Source: Nitrospirota bacterium (lineage in GTDB: Bacteria; Nitrospirota; Thermodesulfovibrionia; Thermodesulfovibrionales; Dissulfurispiraceae). Taken from it: a stretch of 64,000 bases of DNA. Numbering within the stretch: position 1 is the first letter of the stretch; each line of letters starts with the position of its first letter. The stretch lies in contig JBFLWF010000002.1 of NCBI GenBank assembly GCA_040758355.1, positions 64,001-128,000 of the forward strand, written 5' to 3'. Both the position numbers and the translations under genes were made by a program. Shown here one piece after another: positions 20,415 through 30,344 of the stretch. A model generated the notes under the pieces. That model did not search any database. It was not told the DNA's origin and saw only the letters and a list, made by a program, of their open reading frames with translations.

Positions 20415-21736
20415 TCTATCACCATTATCTGAACATCCATGACATTTGTTCCTGTTGGCCCTGTGATGAGGAGTTCATCGATTTTTTTAAAGAAATTATA
20501 GGAATCGTTGTTATTCAGGTATTTTTCAGGATTAAGCCCAGCCGTTTTTGCTTTCTTAATTGTTTCTCCATCAACAATCGCACCTGCTGCATCTGTTGGC
20601 CCGTCTGTACCATCTGTCCCTGCAGAAAGAAGTGTTATACCATCAATGCCTTCAATCTCCATTGCAAATGATAAGGCAAGCTCCATATTCCTGCCGCCGA
20701 GGCCGTTGCCTTTAACGGTAACGGTTGTTTCGCCCCCGCTAATTAAACACCTTGAACCCTTGAATCCTTGAACCCTTAGACCCTTTGCTATGTTTGCAAG
20801 CCATTTCCCGACTTCTCTTGCCTCACCTGTAACTTCAGACGATATTATCTCTGTTTGTGAACCAAGAGATTCTGCCTTTTCTTTTGCAGCTTCCAATGCC
20901 TTCATGTTACTTCCTATGATAGTGTTTTCAACCTTTTCAAATACAGGGTTGTCATCTTTTGGTGTCTCGGGGATAAGACCCTTTGCACCATTACCGAGCA
21001 TATTGATTACAGATTCAGGTGCTTTTTCTGTCAGTTTGTACTTTTCAAGCACACCTATTGCATGATTGTATGTAGTCTTATCAGGTGCTGTCGGCCCTGA
21101 TGCAATGACATCGAGCCTGTCTCCGATAACATCGGAAAGGATTAATGCGATCATTTCTGCAGGATAGGCGATTTCTGAGAGCCTTCCTCCTTTTACTTTC
21201 GATACATGTTTCCTTACAGTATTGAGTTCATATATATCAACGCCTGCCTTAAGGAGTAATTGAGTGATTTTTTGTTTCTCATCAAGAGAAATGCCTTCGT
21301 ATGGAGAGACAAGGAGTGCAGAACCTCCGCCTGAAACAAGGCACACTACAAGGGTATTTTCATCTGCACCCTTAAGAAGTTTTATTATCTCCTCCGTGCC
21401 TCTTAATCCGTTTTCATCTGGCACCGGATGACCGGCCTCATAAATCCTTATCATAGACTCCTGACTTTTGACTCCTGACCCCTGACTCATACTGTGCCCA
21501 TATTTCGTAATCAAAATTCCGGTATCGATCAAATCTCCCAAATTATCTTCCATAGCCTTTGCCATACTGCATGCTGCCTTTCCAAATCCTATGACGATGA
21601 GCCTTTTGAAGCTGTCGTTCTGATAAACGGAACGGATTTTATCCGTATAAAGTTTTACCGCATTATAAGGGTCGACAGCCTTCAATGCAGCATAAAATAT
21701 TTCAGTGGCTAATTCTTTTCGGGTTGTTTGTTCCAT
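20411..21736 (-). CDS. Glycerate kinase, MOFRL/TtuD type
   Basis: GFGKAA; HPVPD; SGGGSAL; GGETTV; GTDGTDG; TGTNVMD. Confidence 0.9.
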   Translation of the reverse strand: MEQTTRKELATEIFYAALKAVDPYNAVKLYTDKIRSVYQNDSFKRLIVIGFGKAACSMAKAMEDNLGDLIDTGILITKYGHSMSQGSGVKSQESMIRIYEAGHPVPDENGLRGTEEIIKLLKGADENTLVVCLVSGGGSALLVSPYEGISLDEKQKITQLLLKAGVDIYELNTVRKHVSKVKGGRLSEIAYPAEMIALILSDVIGDRLDVIASGPTAPDKTTYNHAIGVLEKYKLTEKAPESVINMLGNGAKGLIPETPKDDNPVFEKVENTIIGSNMKALEAAKEKAESLGSQTEIISSEVTGEAREVGKWLANIAKGLRVQGFKGSRCLISGGETTVTVKGNGLGGRNMELALSFAMEIEGIDGITLLSAGTDGTDGPTDAAGAIVDGETIKKAKTAGLNPEKYLNNNDSYNFFKKIDELLITGPTGTNVMDVQIMVIE

Positions 21737-21821
21737 GATTCTATTATAATGTTTTTCAAAAAATTCTTAACTCCCGAAGTACAATATGATAAACTTGAGA
21801 AAAATATTTGAGGAGGGAAAG

Positions 21822-22226
21822 ATGAACTTTTGGGAAAAGGTGAAAAAGGATTTGCAGAAGGGCATTAAGGAGGGTATAGATTGAGGAAAGATTAAAACGG
21901 AGTTGCAAAAAGGGATCAAAGAGGGAATGGTGGTAGTCAAGGAAGGCGCTGCTGTTGTAAAGGAAAAGGCAGAGGAACTCACAGAAGAGGGAAAGAGGCG
22001 ATACAAGATATTTGAACTCAAGAGAAAAGTCCATGAGTGGATGACAGAACTCGGCGGAAAGGTTTACGGATTGAGTTCCAAAACCGAGAATCCCATGCGC
22101 GATACCACGGTGAAACTGATAATAAACAGAGTCAAAAAGCTCGAGGCTCAGATAACTAAACTCGAAGGCAAGCCAAAGGCAGTAGCAAAGAAAAAAACTA
22201 AAAAGGTAGCGAAGTCAAAGAAATGA
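21822..22226 (+). pseudogene. Basic coiled-coil protein with a duplicated N-terminus and an in-frame TGA at 21882
   Basis: GAGGAGG RBS then ATG 21822: MNFWEKVKKDLQKGIKEGID*GKIKTELQKGIKEGMVV, same frame as ORF 21903-22226. Confidence 0.55.
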
Positions 22227-22258
22227 AATGATAAGTCTTTAAATATGAGGGGGACAAT

Positions 22259-22912
22259 GTGAGGGCAATAATAGTTGTACTTGTTATTTTCTTAGCTGCC
22301 GGTTACTTTGGCCTGATGTCGATCCTTGTAGAGAAGGAGGCTGGTAAACTACGTTCAGAGATTCAGGATCTGAGGCAGAGACTGCAAAAAATAGAGGAAG
22401 AGTCAAAAGCTGCCCCACTTCAGCCGGATGCCGATTATCAGAAGATTATTAAGACTGTTAATGCTGTATATCATAAACTGAACGCACTTGAGGACGCTTT
22501 CAAGAAAGAAATGTCTGCTACTTCAGAGGCGATGAAGAATCAGGGTAAAGCATCGGAAGACGCATTGAAGAAGCAGTCTGAAACGATTGATAAACTGAAC
22601 AAGGAGACACAGGCCAAACTCCAGAAGATTATGTTTGACGCCAGGATGGCAAATATCAGAGGACATATCGCAAAGGCAAGGACAGACCTCTTGTCCAGAA
22701 ATATTGCCACTGCAAAAAACGAGCTTGAACTCATCGACGGCGTTTTCGAAGCATTAAAAGCCTCGGTCTCCGAGGAAGACAGAAAGGCTATAGAAGAACT
22801 ACAGGCAACCCTTAGAAAAGCACAGTCAGAGATAGATGTGAACCTGCCGGCTGCTATTAACAGGATCGACCTTCTTTGGCATGAAATGAGCAAGCTGCTG
22901 AGGAAGACCTGA
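22259..22912 (+). CDS. Membrane-anchored coiled-coil hypothetical protein
   Basis: N-terminal TM, heptad-rich body; GAGGGG RBS. Confidence 0.7.
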   Translation: MRAIIVVLVIFLAAGYFGLMSILVEKEAGKLRSEIQDLRQRLQKIEEESKAAPLQPDADYQKIIKTVNAVYHKLNALEDAFKKEMSATSEAMKNQGKASEDALKKQSETIDKLNKETQAKLQKIMFDARMANIRGHIAKARTDLLSRNIATAKNELELIDGVFEALKASVSEEDRKAIEELQATLRKAQSEIDVNLPAAINRIDLLWHEMSKLLRKT

Positions 22913-22935
22913 TGGATGTCAGCGGTGGAATAAGA

Positions 22936-23160
22936 ATGCTCACAATAGTGCTTTTATCGATTATCATTGCGACGGTGACCATTTTCTCTGTCCAGAATGC
23001 AGCTCCTGTTGCGGTTTCCTTTCTCTTCTGGAGATTCGAGGCATCCCTTGCTATAGTCATATTTCTTTCAGTGCTCACAGGTGTTTTAATAGCAGCAATT
23101 ATTGTATTTTCAGGGCATATCAAGCGTTCTGCAAAAAGGCAGGATAAATCTATAAACTAA
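22936..23160 (+). CDS. LapA/DUF1049-family small membrane protein
   Basis: IFSVQNAAPVAVSFLFW signature; two TM helices. Confidence 0.75.
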   Translation: MLTIVLLSIIIATVTIFSVQNAAPVAVSFLFWRFEASLAIVIFLSVLTGVLIAAIIVFSGHIKRSAKRQDKSIN

Positions 23161-23285
23161 CAAATATCGGAGGTGTATAATGCAATGGTTTATTAATCTT
23201 GCTACCGACCATGCTTCTTTTTCTCTTGACGTGCAACTATTATTATGATAAATTGTAACTACATGATTTTTTAATAGGAGACTAC

Positions 23286-23546
23286 ATGATTTCTGTCGGT
23301 ATACGGGAGTTGAAGGCAAAATTAAGCAGTTATGTCGATAAGGTACGAAGGGGCGAGCAGGTTGTTATTACCGAGCATGGCGAAGAGGTAGCAATTATCA
23401 ATCCTATATCAAAGGAGCGAAAGGCAATAATGTCGCTTGTTAAATCAGGAAAGGCCCATTGGTCCGGAGGGAGACCAAAAGGCTTGAAAGGCATTAAGAT
23501 TAAAGGCAAACCGATTTCGGAAACTATCCTTGAGGAACGCCAATGA
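23286..23546 (+). CDS. Phd/YefM-family antitoxin
   Basis: VGIRELKAKLSSYVDKVRRGEQVVITEHG. Confidence 0.88.
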   Translation: MISVGIRELKAKLSSYVDKVRRGEQVVITEHGEEVAIINPISKERKAIMSLVKSGKAHWSGGRPKGLKGIKIKGKPISETILEERQ

Positions 23547-23980
23547 TTCTGTATCTTGGGACGAGCAGTCTTGTGAAGTTATATTTTGAAGAACCATATT
23601 CCGATCTGGCCAGAGAATGGGTTAAGGAGGCTGAGATAGTGGCAACATGCCGCATTGCGTATACCGAGATTATGTCTGCTCTTGATACCAGATTCAGGAA
23701 GCACGATATATCGAGAAAAGATTACGCTCTGTTTGCCAAGGCATTCTTTAAGGATTGGGATGATTTTGTAACAGTCGATTTTGACGAGATCGAGGCAGGA
23801 CGTTTGGTTAAGAAATACGGGCTGAGGCGGTTCGATGCAATCCACCTCTCTGCTGCGAAGCTTATTAAAAAAGAATATAACGATATTTCCTTGTCATTTT
23901 CTTCAGCCAGCGAAAAACTGTGCCGGGCCGCCTCTGCTGAAGGGCTAAGAGTTTTATCATTTGCAGATGTGAGTAGTTAA
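23543..23980 (+). CDS. vapC: VapC/PIN-domain toxin, catalytically degenerate
   Basis: YLGTSSLVKLY (Asp replaced by Gly); LRRFDAIHLSAA; ATGA overlap with the antitoxin. Confidence 0.75.
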   Translation: MILYLGTSSLVKLYFEEPYSDLAREWVKEAEIVATCRIAYTEIMSALDTRFRKHDISRKDYALFAKAFFKDWDDFVTVDFDEIEAGRLVKKYGLRRFDAIHLSAAKLIKKEYNDISLSFSSASEKLCRAASAEGLRVLSFADVSS

Positions 23981-24006
23981 ATAAAAAACGAGAGGAGGTG
24001 AATATA

Positions 24007-24378
24007 ATGAGGAAAGCAATACTGTTGGCTATGGCAGTATTATTTCTCTTCTCCTTCGGATGTGCTACAAAAGACTATGTAAAACAGCAGATAGACCCTC
24101 TGGTTGACAGACTCAGCAAGCTTGAGACAAGGGTTTCAGCACTGGAAGCAAAGGTAAGTGCGCTTGAAGGCAAGGTAGGTTCTTTATCGGCAGATGTAGA
24201 GGCAGCAAAGAAGGAAGCGAGAGACGCTAAGGCATTGGCTCACGATGCAATGAGGATGGCAAAGGAGTCTGCTGACAGGGCTGAAGCTGCTGCAAAGAGG
24301 GCTGAGGCCGCTGCTGACAGGGCTGAAGCCGCCTTTGGGAAGGCTAAAAAGGCCTTTGAATTGCAGCAAAAGAAATAG
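24007..24378 (+). CDS. Lpp/OprI-like alanine-zipper lipoprotein
   Basis: Lipobox FSFGC; ADRAEAA heptad repeats; C-terminal Lys; AGGAGG 9 nt upstream. Confidence 0.75.
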   Translation: MRKAILLAMAVLFLFSFGCATKDYVKQQIDPLVDRLSKLETRVSALEAKVSALEGKVGSLSADVEAAKKEARDAKALAHDAMRMAKESADRAEAAAKRAEAAADRAEAAFGKAKKAFELQQKK

Positions 24379-24474
24379 GAGTCCACGGGAGGGATAAACA
24401 CAGGGGTTATCGCCGGTTTTATCCCTCCATCCGCATAAAGCCTTCCCTAAGAGATATTTGCCAGGGGGTGTAAA

Positions 24475-25710
24475 ATGTCAGATTTTTATCAGACAGGCGT
24501 GGTTGCAACCTTTCACAGGCTTGGAAGGATTAATCTCGAAAAGATAGAGGCAGAACTGTCGTGGTATGCCAATGAAAGGCCGATTGCCCTTGTATTGCCT
24601 TCTCTTTACAGCGAGCTTGAAGGGGAGGCATTGAAGGGAATAGTAAGGGAGTTAAAGGAAGTTAAATATATAAGCGAAATCGTTGTCGCTCTCGGTCCTG
24701 CATCGGAAGAAGAGTTCAGGCACGCAAAAAAATTTTTCTCGGCACTTCCGCAGAAGGTAAGCATTATCTGGAATACGGGACCACGGATAAGCGAAATATA
24801 TAAAACTATCGAGAGAGCAGACCTGCCAACTGGAGAGCATGGAAAGGGAAGGTCCGCATGGATGGCTTATGGTTATGTCCTTTCGCAGCAGAGGTTTCAG
24901 ACCATTGCGCTTCATGACTGCGACATCCTTACATACAGCAGGGATATGCTTGCGCGGCTGTGCTATCCTGTTACGAGCCCGAGCCTCGATTATGATTTTT
25001 GCAAGGGTTTCTACAGCAGGGTAACCGACAGACTACACGGGAGAATGACGAGACTACTTTTCACACCTCTCATAAGGGCACTTCAGAGGGTTATTGGGTA
25101 TCATCCCCTTTTGGTATTCTTTGATAGCTTCAGATATGCCCTTGCTGGAGAGTTTTCTATGGATGTTGATATGGCAAGAATAAACAGGATTCCGGGGGAT
25201 TGGGGTCTCGAGGTAGGAGTTCTCGCAGAAGTCTACAGAAACACATCATTGAGAAGGGTCTGCCAGGTAGATATTGCGGAAAACTATGAGCATAAACACC
25301 AGGAACTGTCTCCCGAGGATGCGACGAAAGGGCTTCACAAGATGTGTATAGATATATGCAAATCACTCTTCAGAACTCTTGCATCTGAGGGCATTGTATT
25401 TTCAGAGGGCTTCTTTAAGACACTCCTGGCAACTTATGTTAGGACTGCACAGGATATGCTTAAAAGGTATGAAGACGATGCAGCCATTAATGGCCTCATA
25501 TTTGACAGACACGCAGAAAGCCTTGCTGTTGAGACCTTTACGAAGGGTATAACGACTGCTGCCCAGGCCATAATGGACAATCCCTTAGGTCCCCCCCTTA
25601 TTCCAAGTTGGGACAGGGTAACATCTGCAATCCCGGATATTCTTGTGAGGATAAGGGAGGCGGTTGAGGAGGACAATAAAATAAAAACCACAAGGAAGAG
25701 GAGGCAGTAA
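24475..25710 (+). CDS. gpgS: Glucosyl-3-phosphoglycerate synthase (GpgS-type glycosyltransferase)
   Basis: MSDFYQTG...LVLPSLYSEL; GKGR; HDCD; YALAGEF; DWGLEVG; YEHKHQ. Confidence 0.78.
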   Translation: MSDFYQTGVVATFHRLGRINLEKIEAELSWYANERPIALVLPSLYSELEGEALKGIVRELKEVKYISEIVVALGPASEEEFRHAKKFFSALPQKVSIIWNTGPRISEIYKTIERADLPTGEHGKGRSAWMAYGYVLSQQRFQTIALHDCDILTYSRDMLARLCYPVTSPSLDYDFCKGFYSRVTDRLHGRMTRLLFTPLIRALQRVIGYHPLLVFFDSFRYALAGEFSMDVDMARINRIPGDWGLEVGVLAEVYRNTSLRRVCQVDIAENYEHKHQELSPEDATKGLHKMCIDICKSLFRTLASEGIVFSEGFFKTLLATYVRTAQDMLKRYEDDAAINGLIFDRHAESLAVETFTKGITTAAQAIMDNPLGPPLIPSWDRVTSAIPDILVRIREAVEEDNKIKTTRKRRQ

Positions 25711-26162
25711 TGAAGAGAATGAATCTTGTCCTGTCGGTTGTGATATTTTCTCTATTGACTGCCGGTTATGCAAACGCTTTATGTGTGAATGCGCAAAAGG
25801 CGAATCTGAGAAGCGGTCCGGGCACAAATTATGATGTAGCATGGGAAATCTATAAATATATGCCGGTTGTAAAGGTTGGCGTCTCCTTATCCGGCGAGTG
25901 GTATGCAGTGAGCGATGTGGACGGAGATGTGAACTGGATATATAAAAACATGGTAACCGAAAAGTATAAATGTGCGGTTGTGGATATGGATGAAGTGAAT
26001 GTGAGGACAGGCCCGGGCACGAACTATTCCAAAAGCCCTTTAAGCCCTGCAAAAAAGTATTATTCCTTTAAAGTTTTAAACAAGAAAGGGCAATGGGTAA
26101 AGGTAAAGGACGAATAGGGCAATACAGGCTGGATTCACCGCAACTTTTTGTGGATCAGATGA
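25710..26162 (+). CDS. Exported double SH3b-domain protein with in-frame TAG at 26115 (ORF track ends at 26117)
   Basis: Two NLRSGPG/NVRTGPG repeats; the frame continues past TAG as GNTGWIHRNFLWIR* and completes SH3 #2. Confidence 0.7.
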
Positions 26163-26181
26163 AGGGAGGTCAAAGGGGAAA

Positions 26182-27393
26182 ATGAAAAGGATACTCATAA
26201 CAGCGGTCTTTCTGATAACGGCATTTCTCATGATGCGGGGAGACTTCGACATCTTCGATAAACAGGAAAATGCCGGAGAATATGGAAAATACAGAGAAAT
26301 AAGCGGTACGGTCAAAAAAGGAGAAACCCTCTTCAATATCTTTAAAAGATATAATTTAAATATAACAGAGCTTTTTAAAATTAAAGAGGCATCTGCAAAT
26401 ATTCACAGGTTGAGGGAAGTATATCCAGGACAGCCGTACAAAATAATAATAGATGACAACAACCGGATAAACTCCTTTATTTACTGGATAAACGACGACT
26501 CTGTTTTGAACATCTATCGCACCGAATCCGGATTTTGCGCTGAGAAAAAGGACGTAGAGTATGAGAAAAGAACCCTGCATTTAGGCGGTGTAATAAAGGA
26601 CAATCTCATATCTTCTGTGGGAAACGGCAGGGAAAATATGATGCTGGCGATGCAGCTTTCGGATATATTTGCGTGGGATATAGACTTCGCATCGGATATT
26701 CGAAACGGAGATGCATTCAAGATTGTAGCGGAGGGATTTTATCTGAATGGAGAATTCAAAAAATTCGGCAATATACTCTCTGCGGAGTTTGTAAATAACG
26801 GCGAGGCATACCGTGCCTATAGATTCGAACATGACGGAAATATCGATTATTACGATGATGAAGGGAAGTCCCTGAGAAGGACATTTTTAAAGGCGCCGTT
26901 GAGTTTCAGAAGGGTGAGTTCGGGTTTTTCCATTAACCGTTTTCATCCAGTGCTGAAGATTTACAGGCCGCATCACGGGCTTGATTATGCCGCTCCTGTG
27001 GGAACTCCTGTTTCCGCAATAGGCGACGGAACGGTTGTCTTTGCAGGCAAAAAGGGGCAATACGGCAATCTTGTGATAATAAGACATCCCAACGGCTATA
27101 AGACATATTACGGCCATTTATCCAGATTCGGCAGCGGTATTAAAAGCGGAACAAAGGTTAAGCAGGGGCAGGTTATAGGTTATGTAGGCTCAACAGGACT
27201 TGCAACAGGGCCGCACCTGCATTATGAGATGAGGGTTAGTAACAGGCCTGTTAATCCTGTTACAGTGAAATCGCTGAAGGGAAATTCGATTCCTAAAAAG
27301 TTAATGGCTGAATTCAGGGGTTTTAAAAACCAGATGGACGGAAGGCTTGCTTCCATAATGCCAACGGCTGTTGTCCTTGCTAAAAAACAATAG
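26182..27393 (+). CDS. M23 peptidoglycan endopeptidase (MepM/OapA-like)
   Basis: FAWDIDF; HHGLD; YGHL; TGPHLHYE. Confidence 0.9.
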   Translation: MKRILITAVFLITAFLMMRGDFDIFDKQENAGEYGKYREISGTVKKGETLFNIFKRYNLNITELFKIKEASANIHRLREVYPGQPYKIIIDDNNRINSFIYWINDDSVLNIYRTESGFCAEKKDVEYEKRTLHLGGVIKDNLISSVGNGRENMMLAMQLSDIFAWDIDFASDIRNGDAFKIVAEGFYLNGEFKKFGNILSAEFVNNGEAYRAYRFEHDGNIDYYDDEGKSLRRTFLKAPLSFRRVSSGFSINRFHPVLKIYRPHHGLDYAAPVGTPVSAIGDGTVVFAGKKGQYGNLVIIRHPNGYKTYYGHLSRFGSGIKSGTKVKQGQVIGYVGSTGLATGPHLHYEMRVSNRPVNPVTVKSLKGNSIPKKLMAEFRGFKNQMDGRLASIMPTAVVLAKKQ

Positions 27394-27417
27394 TAACTGC
27401 TAAAAACCAATGGAGGA

Positions 27418-28464
27418 TTGATGGGTATTGGGTTAAAAGACATAGTAATACCCGCTGCCACAGCCATGGTATCAGCATCGGTACTTTTTGTCGTCAGGGG
27501 TATTGCCTTCAGGCTGCTTCACAAGTGGGCCGAAAAAACAGAGACAAGGATCGACGATATAATCATCAGATCATTAAAAGTTCCCTCTGTTTACTGGTGC
27601 ATAGCCATCGGACTTTACATAGGAGTTGCTGTTTCAGATTTTCCTGAGAAATATGTATTTTATTTCAGCAGGGCAATCCATGTAATTGTGATATTGTCTA
27701 TTACCACTGCTGCTGCAAACCTGTCAGGCAAAATATTCAAAAATTATATCCAGAAATCAGACCTGCCTATTCCTACTACGGGCCTTGCATACGGGATATT
27801 GAAAGGGACGATTCTGATTATAGGCTTTCTGATTATACTCAGCGTTCTTGGTATTTCAATAACCCCTATCATTACAGCCCTCGGTGTTGGAGGTCTTGCT
27901 GTTGCCCTTGCGCTTCAGGATACGCTGGCAAATCTGTTTGCAGGGATTCATATACTCGTTGAGAAATCCGTAAGGGTCGGAGATTTTATAAGGCTTGAGA
28001 CAGGACAGGAAGGTTATGTTGAAGACATTACATGGAGGACAACGAGGATAAGGATGCTTCCGAATAATATGGTCATAATTCCGAACAGCAAGCTATCTCA
28101 GAGTATTGTGACGAATTATTATCTGCCTGAAAAAAGAATGGCTTTATTAATTCCTGTGAGCGTCAGTTATTCATCCAACCCGGAAAAGGTCGAGCGGATA
28201 CTTGTAGAAGAAGCGAAGAAGGCTGTTGGTGAGATCCCCGGACTGCTTGGAGACCCTGAGCCATTTGTAAGGTTCATCCCGGGTTTTGGAGATAGTTCCC
28301 TCGATTTTACGCTTATATGTCAGGTTCGGGAGTTTGTTGACCAGTATCTTGCGCAGCATGAATTGAGAAAGAGGATATTCAGGAGATTTCAGGAAGAGGG
28401 CATAGAGATACCATTCCCGCACAGGACGGTTTATCTAAGGGAGGAGAAAGAATGGAAAAGTTAA
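27418..28464 (+). CDS. mscS: Small-conductance mechanosensitive channel
   Basis: LGVGGLAVALALQDTLANLFAG; GDFI; IPNS; IPFP. Confidence 0.9.
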   Translation: MMGIGLKDIVIPAATAMVSASVLFVVRGIAFRLLHKWAEKTETRIDDIIIRSLKVPSVYWCIAIGLYIGVAVSDFPEKYVFYFSRAIHVIVILSITTAAANLSGKIFKNYIQKSDLPIPTTGLAYGILKGTILIIGFLIILSVLGISITPIITALGVGGLAVALALQDTLANLFAGIHILVEKSVRVGDFIRLETGQEGYVEDITWRTTRIRMLPNNMVIIPNSKLSQSIVTNYYLPEKRMALLIPVSVSYSSNPEKVERILVEEAKKAVGEIPGLLGDPEPFVRFIPGFGDSSLDFTLICQVREFVDQYLAQHELRKRIFRRFQEEGIEIPFPHRTVYLREEKEWKS

Positions 28465-29114
28465 TGGAAGATTTTGAATTCAAGCAATGCGTGAGCCTCC
28501 TTAAATCCACAGGCAGAAAGGCCAGGAATCTGCGTGAACTGAGGGATGTAATAGCTGTTGTGAGTGATGAATCCATATTCCACCACACTTACCAGTATTT
28601 TTTGAAGGGGCACGTCCTCGAATACACCAATGACTTTGCCCATTGGGCAGGTGAAAGCCTTGAAGAAAGGGCATTGTCCGAGCATCTTTCCAACATAGAC
28701 CCTTATGCTTTTAAAAATATAGATGAACTGAGGCAGGAGTTGCTCAATGTAATAGACAGCTATCTTGAAAATTTTCCGGAGCCGAGGGAGGCAATGACAG
28801 GTGATGAATTCTACTTCAATGAAACCATAACCCTTATATTCCCTGTGGGCATAAGGGTCAAGAACCTTGCAGAGTTTTTAATAGCAGTCAAGTATATAGA
28901 TGCCGCAGCCATTTACTACCATTTCTATGAGGCCCGCGTCAGGCTCGGAGTTGATGACTTCTCAAAATGGCTTGAGGACTCGCTAAACAAAAAGGAGCTG
29001 TCGGAAAAAATAAGATCGATAGACCTCTTCATGCACAGCATAGAAGGTATAAGAGAACACATAATAGAGGCTGTTGAGAAAGATGTCAGGACAGGAATGG
29101 AGGCTATAGAGTGA
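28452..29114 (+). CDS. DUF5752-family protein (TreT-associated)
   Basis: Two repeats, SIFHH...NDFAHW and AIYYHF...DDFSKW; directly upstream of treT. Confidence 0.7.
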   Translation: MEKLMEDFEFKQCVSLLKSTGRKARNLRELRDVIAVVSDESIFHHTYQYFLKGHVLEYTNDFAHWAGESLEERALSEHLSNIDPYAFKNIDELRQELLNVIDSYLENFPEPREAMTGDEFYFNETITLIFPVGIRVKNLAEFLIAVKYIDAAAIYYHFYEARVRLGVDDFSKWLEDSLNKKELSEKIRSIDLFMHSIEGIREHIIEAVEKDVRTGMEAIE

Positions 29115-30325
29115 TGATTACCCAATTCTCAGGCATATCTCCCAAAGGTGATTTGATACTCCTTCATAAGCTGGGTGAGAAACTTAATAACAGATCGTTT
29201 CTTCATATTAATTCGACCCGCGCAGGAGGAGGAGTGGCAGAGATTCTGCACAGGATGATCCCCATACTCAATGACCTCGGCATCGATGCAAGGTGGGAAG
29301 TCATAGAAGGGGACGAAAGGTTCTTTGACATAACTAAAAAAATACACAACTCACTTCAGGGAAATTTTGAAGATATTACCGAAGACATGTGGCAGCATCA
29401 CTATGAAGTCAACAGGAGAAATGCCGAAAGGCTTAATCTCGATGCGGATGCGGTTTTGATACACGACCCTCAGCCTGCACCGCTGGTTGAGTTCAGGAAA
29501 TCGGGCAGATGGATATGGAGATGCCATATAGATGTATCGCATCCGATAAAAGAGGTATGCAATTATTTGCAGCGTTATTGCGGGAAATACGATGCTTCCA
29601 TTTTTTCTGTAGCAAAATTTGCGAGGGCAATGGGTATAGATGAATTCATCATACCTCCATCAATAGACCCTATCAGCGAGAAAAACAGGGAACTTACGGA
29701 TGAAGAGATAAAGGAAACAGTTAATAAATTCCAGATACCAACAGACAGACCAATAATACTTCAGGTCTCAAGGTTTGACAGATTTAAAGACCCCATCGGT
29801 GTGATAAAGGCATACAGACTGGTTAAAAAATACAATGACTGCATCCTTATCCTTGCAGGAAGTCCGGCAACCGATGACCCTGAGGGAGAGGTAGTGCTTA
29901 AAGAGGTTCAGGATTACGTATTGGACGATCCTGACATCCATATTCTTCTTCTGCCGCCCTTCAGCGACAAAGACATTAATGCCCTGCAGAGGGCTGCAAC
30001 AGTGGTACTGCAGAAATCCTTAAAGGAAGGGTTCGGATTAACAGTATCCGAAGCCATGTGGAAAGGGAAACCTGTTATAGGCGGAGCCACAGGCGGAATC
30101 CCTTTGCAGATAATACACGGTGTTACAGGATTCCTTGTCCATTCTGTGGAAGGCGCTGCCTTCAGGATAAGGCAATTCCTCAACAATCCTGAGATGGCGC
30201 ACAGGATGGGAGAGAAGGGCAGAGAATATGTGAGGAATAACTTTCTTATAACAAGACAGATAAGGGATTATCTTTCCGTATGGTATGCGATGGAGAATAA
30301 AGGCAGAAGTGTTCTGGAGTTGTGA
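29111..30325 (+). CDS. treT: Trehalose glycosyltransferring synthase (GT4)
   Basis: HINSTRAGGGVAEIL; IHDPQP; WRCHID; SRFDRFKD; EGFGLTVSEAMWK. Confidence 0.85.
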   Translation: MMITQFSGISPKGDLILLHKLGEKLNNRSFLHINSTRAGGGVAEILHRMIPILNDLGIDARWEVIEGDERFFDITKKIHNSLQGNFEDITEDMWQHHYEVNRRNAERLNLDADAVLIHDPQPAPLVEFRKSGRWIWRCHIDVSHPIKEVCNYLQRYCGKYDASIFSVAKFARAMGIDEFIIPPSIDPISEKNRELTDEEIKETVNKFQIPTDRPIILQVSRFDRFKDPIGVIKAYRLVKKYNDCILILAGSPATDDPEGEVVLKEVQDYVLDDPDIHILLLPPFSDKDINALQRAATVVLQKSLKEGFGLTVSEAMWKGKPVIGGATGGIPLQIIHGVTGFLVHSVEGAAFRIRQFLNNPEMAHRMGEKGREYVRNNFLITRQIRDYLSVWYAMENKGRSVLEL

Positions 30326-30344
30326 TGTCAGAAGGGCTGAGTAA

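Noticed and set aside
24270..24333. 21-bp repeats in the lipoprotein gene
   Set aside because: Explained by alanine-zipper heptads at the protein level
21882..26117. Genome-wide stop-codon reassignment (TGA=Trp or TAG sense)
   Set aside because: Many conserved genes end properly at TGA or TAG, and Trp is encoded by TGG throughout
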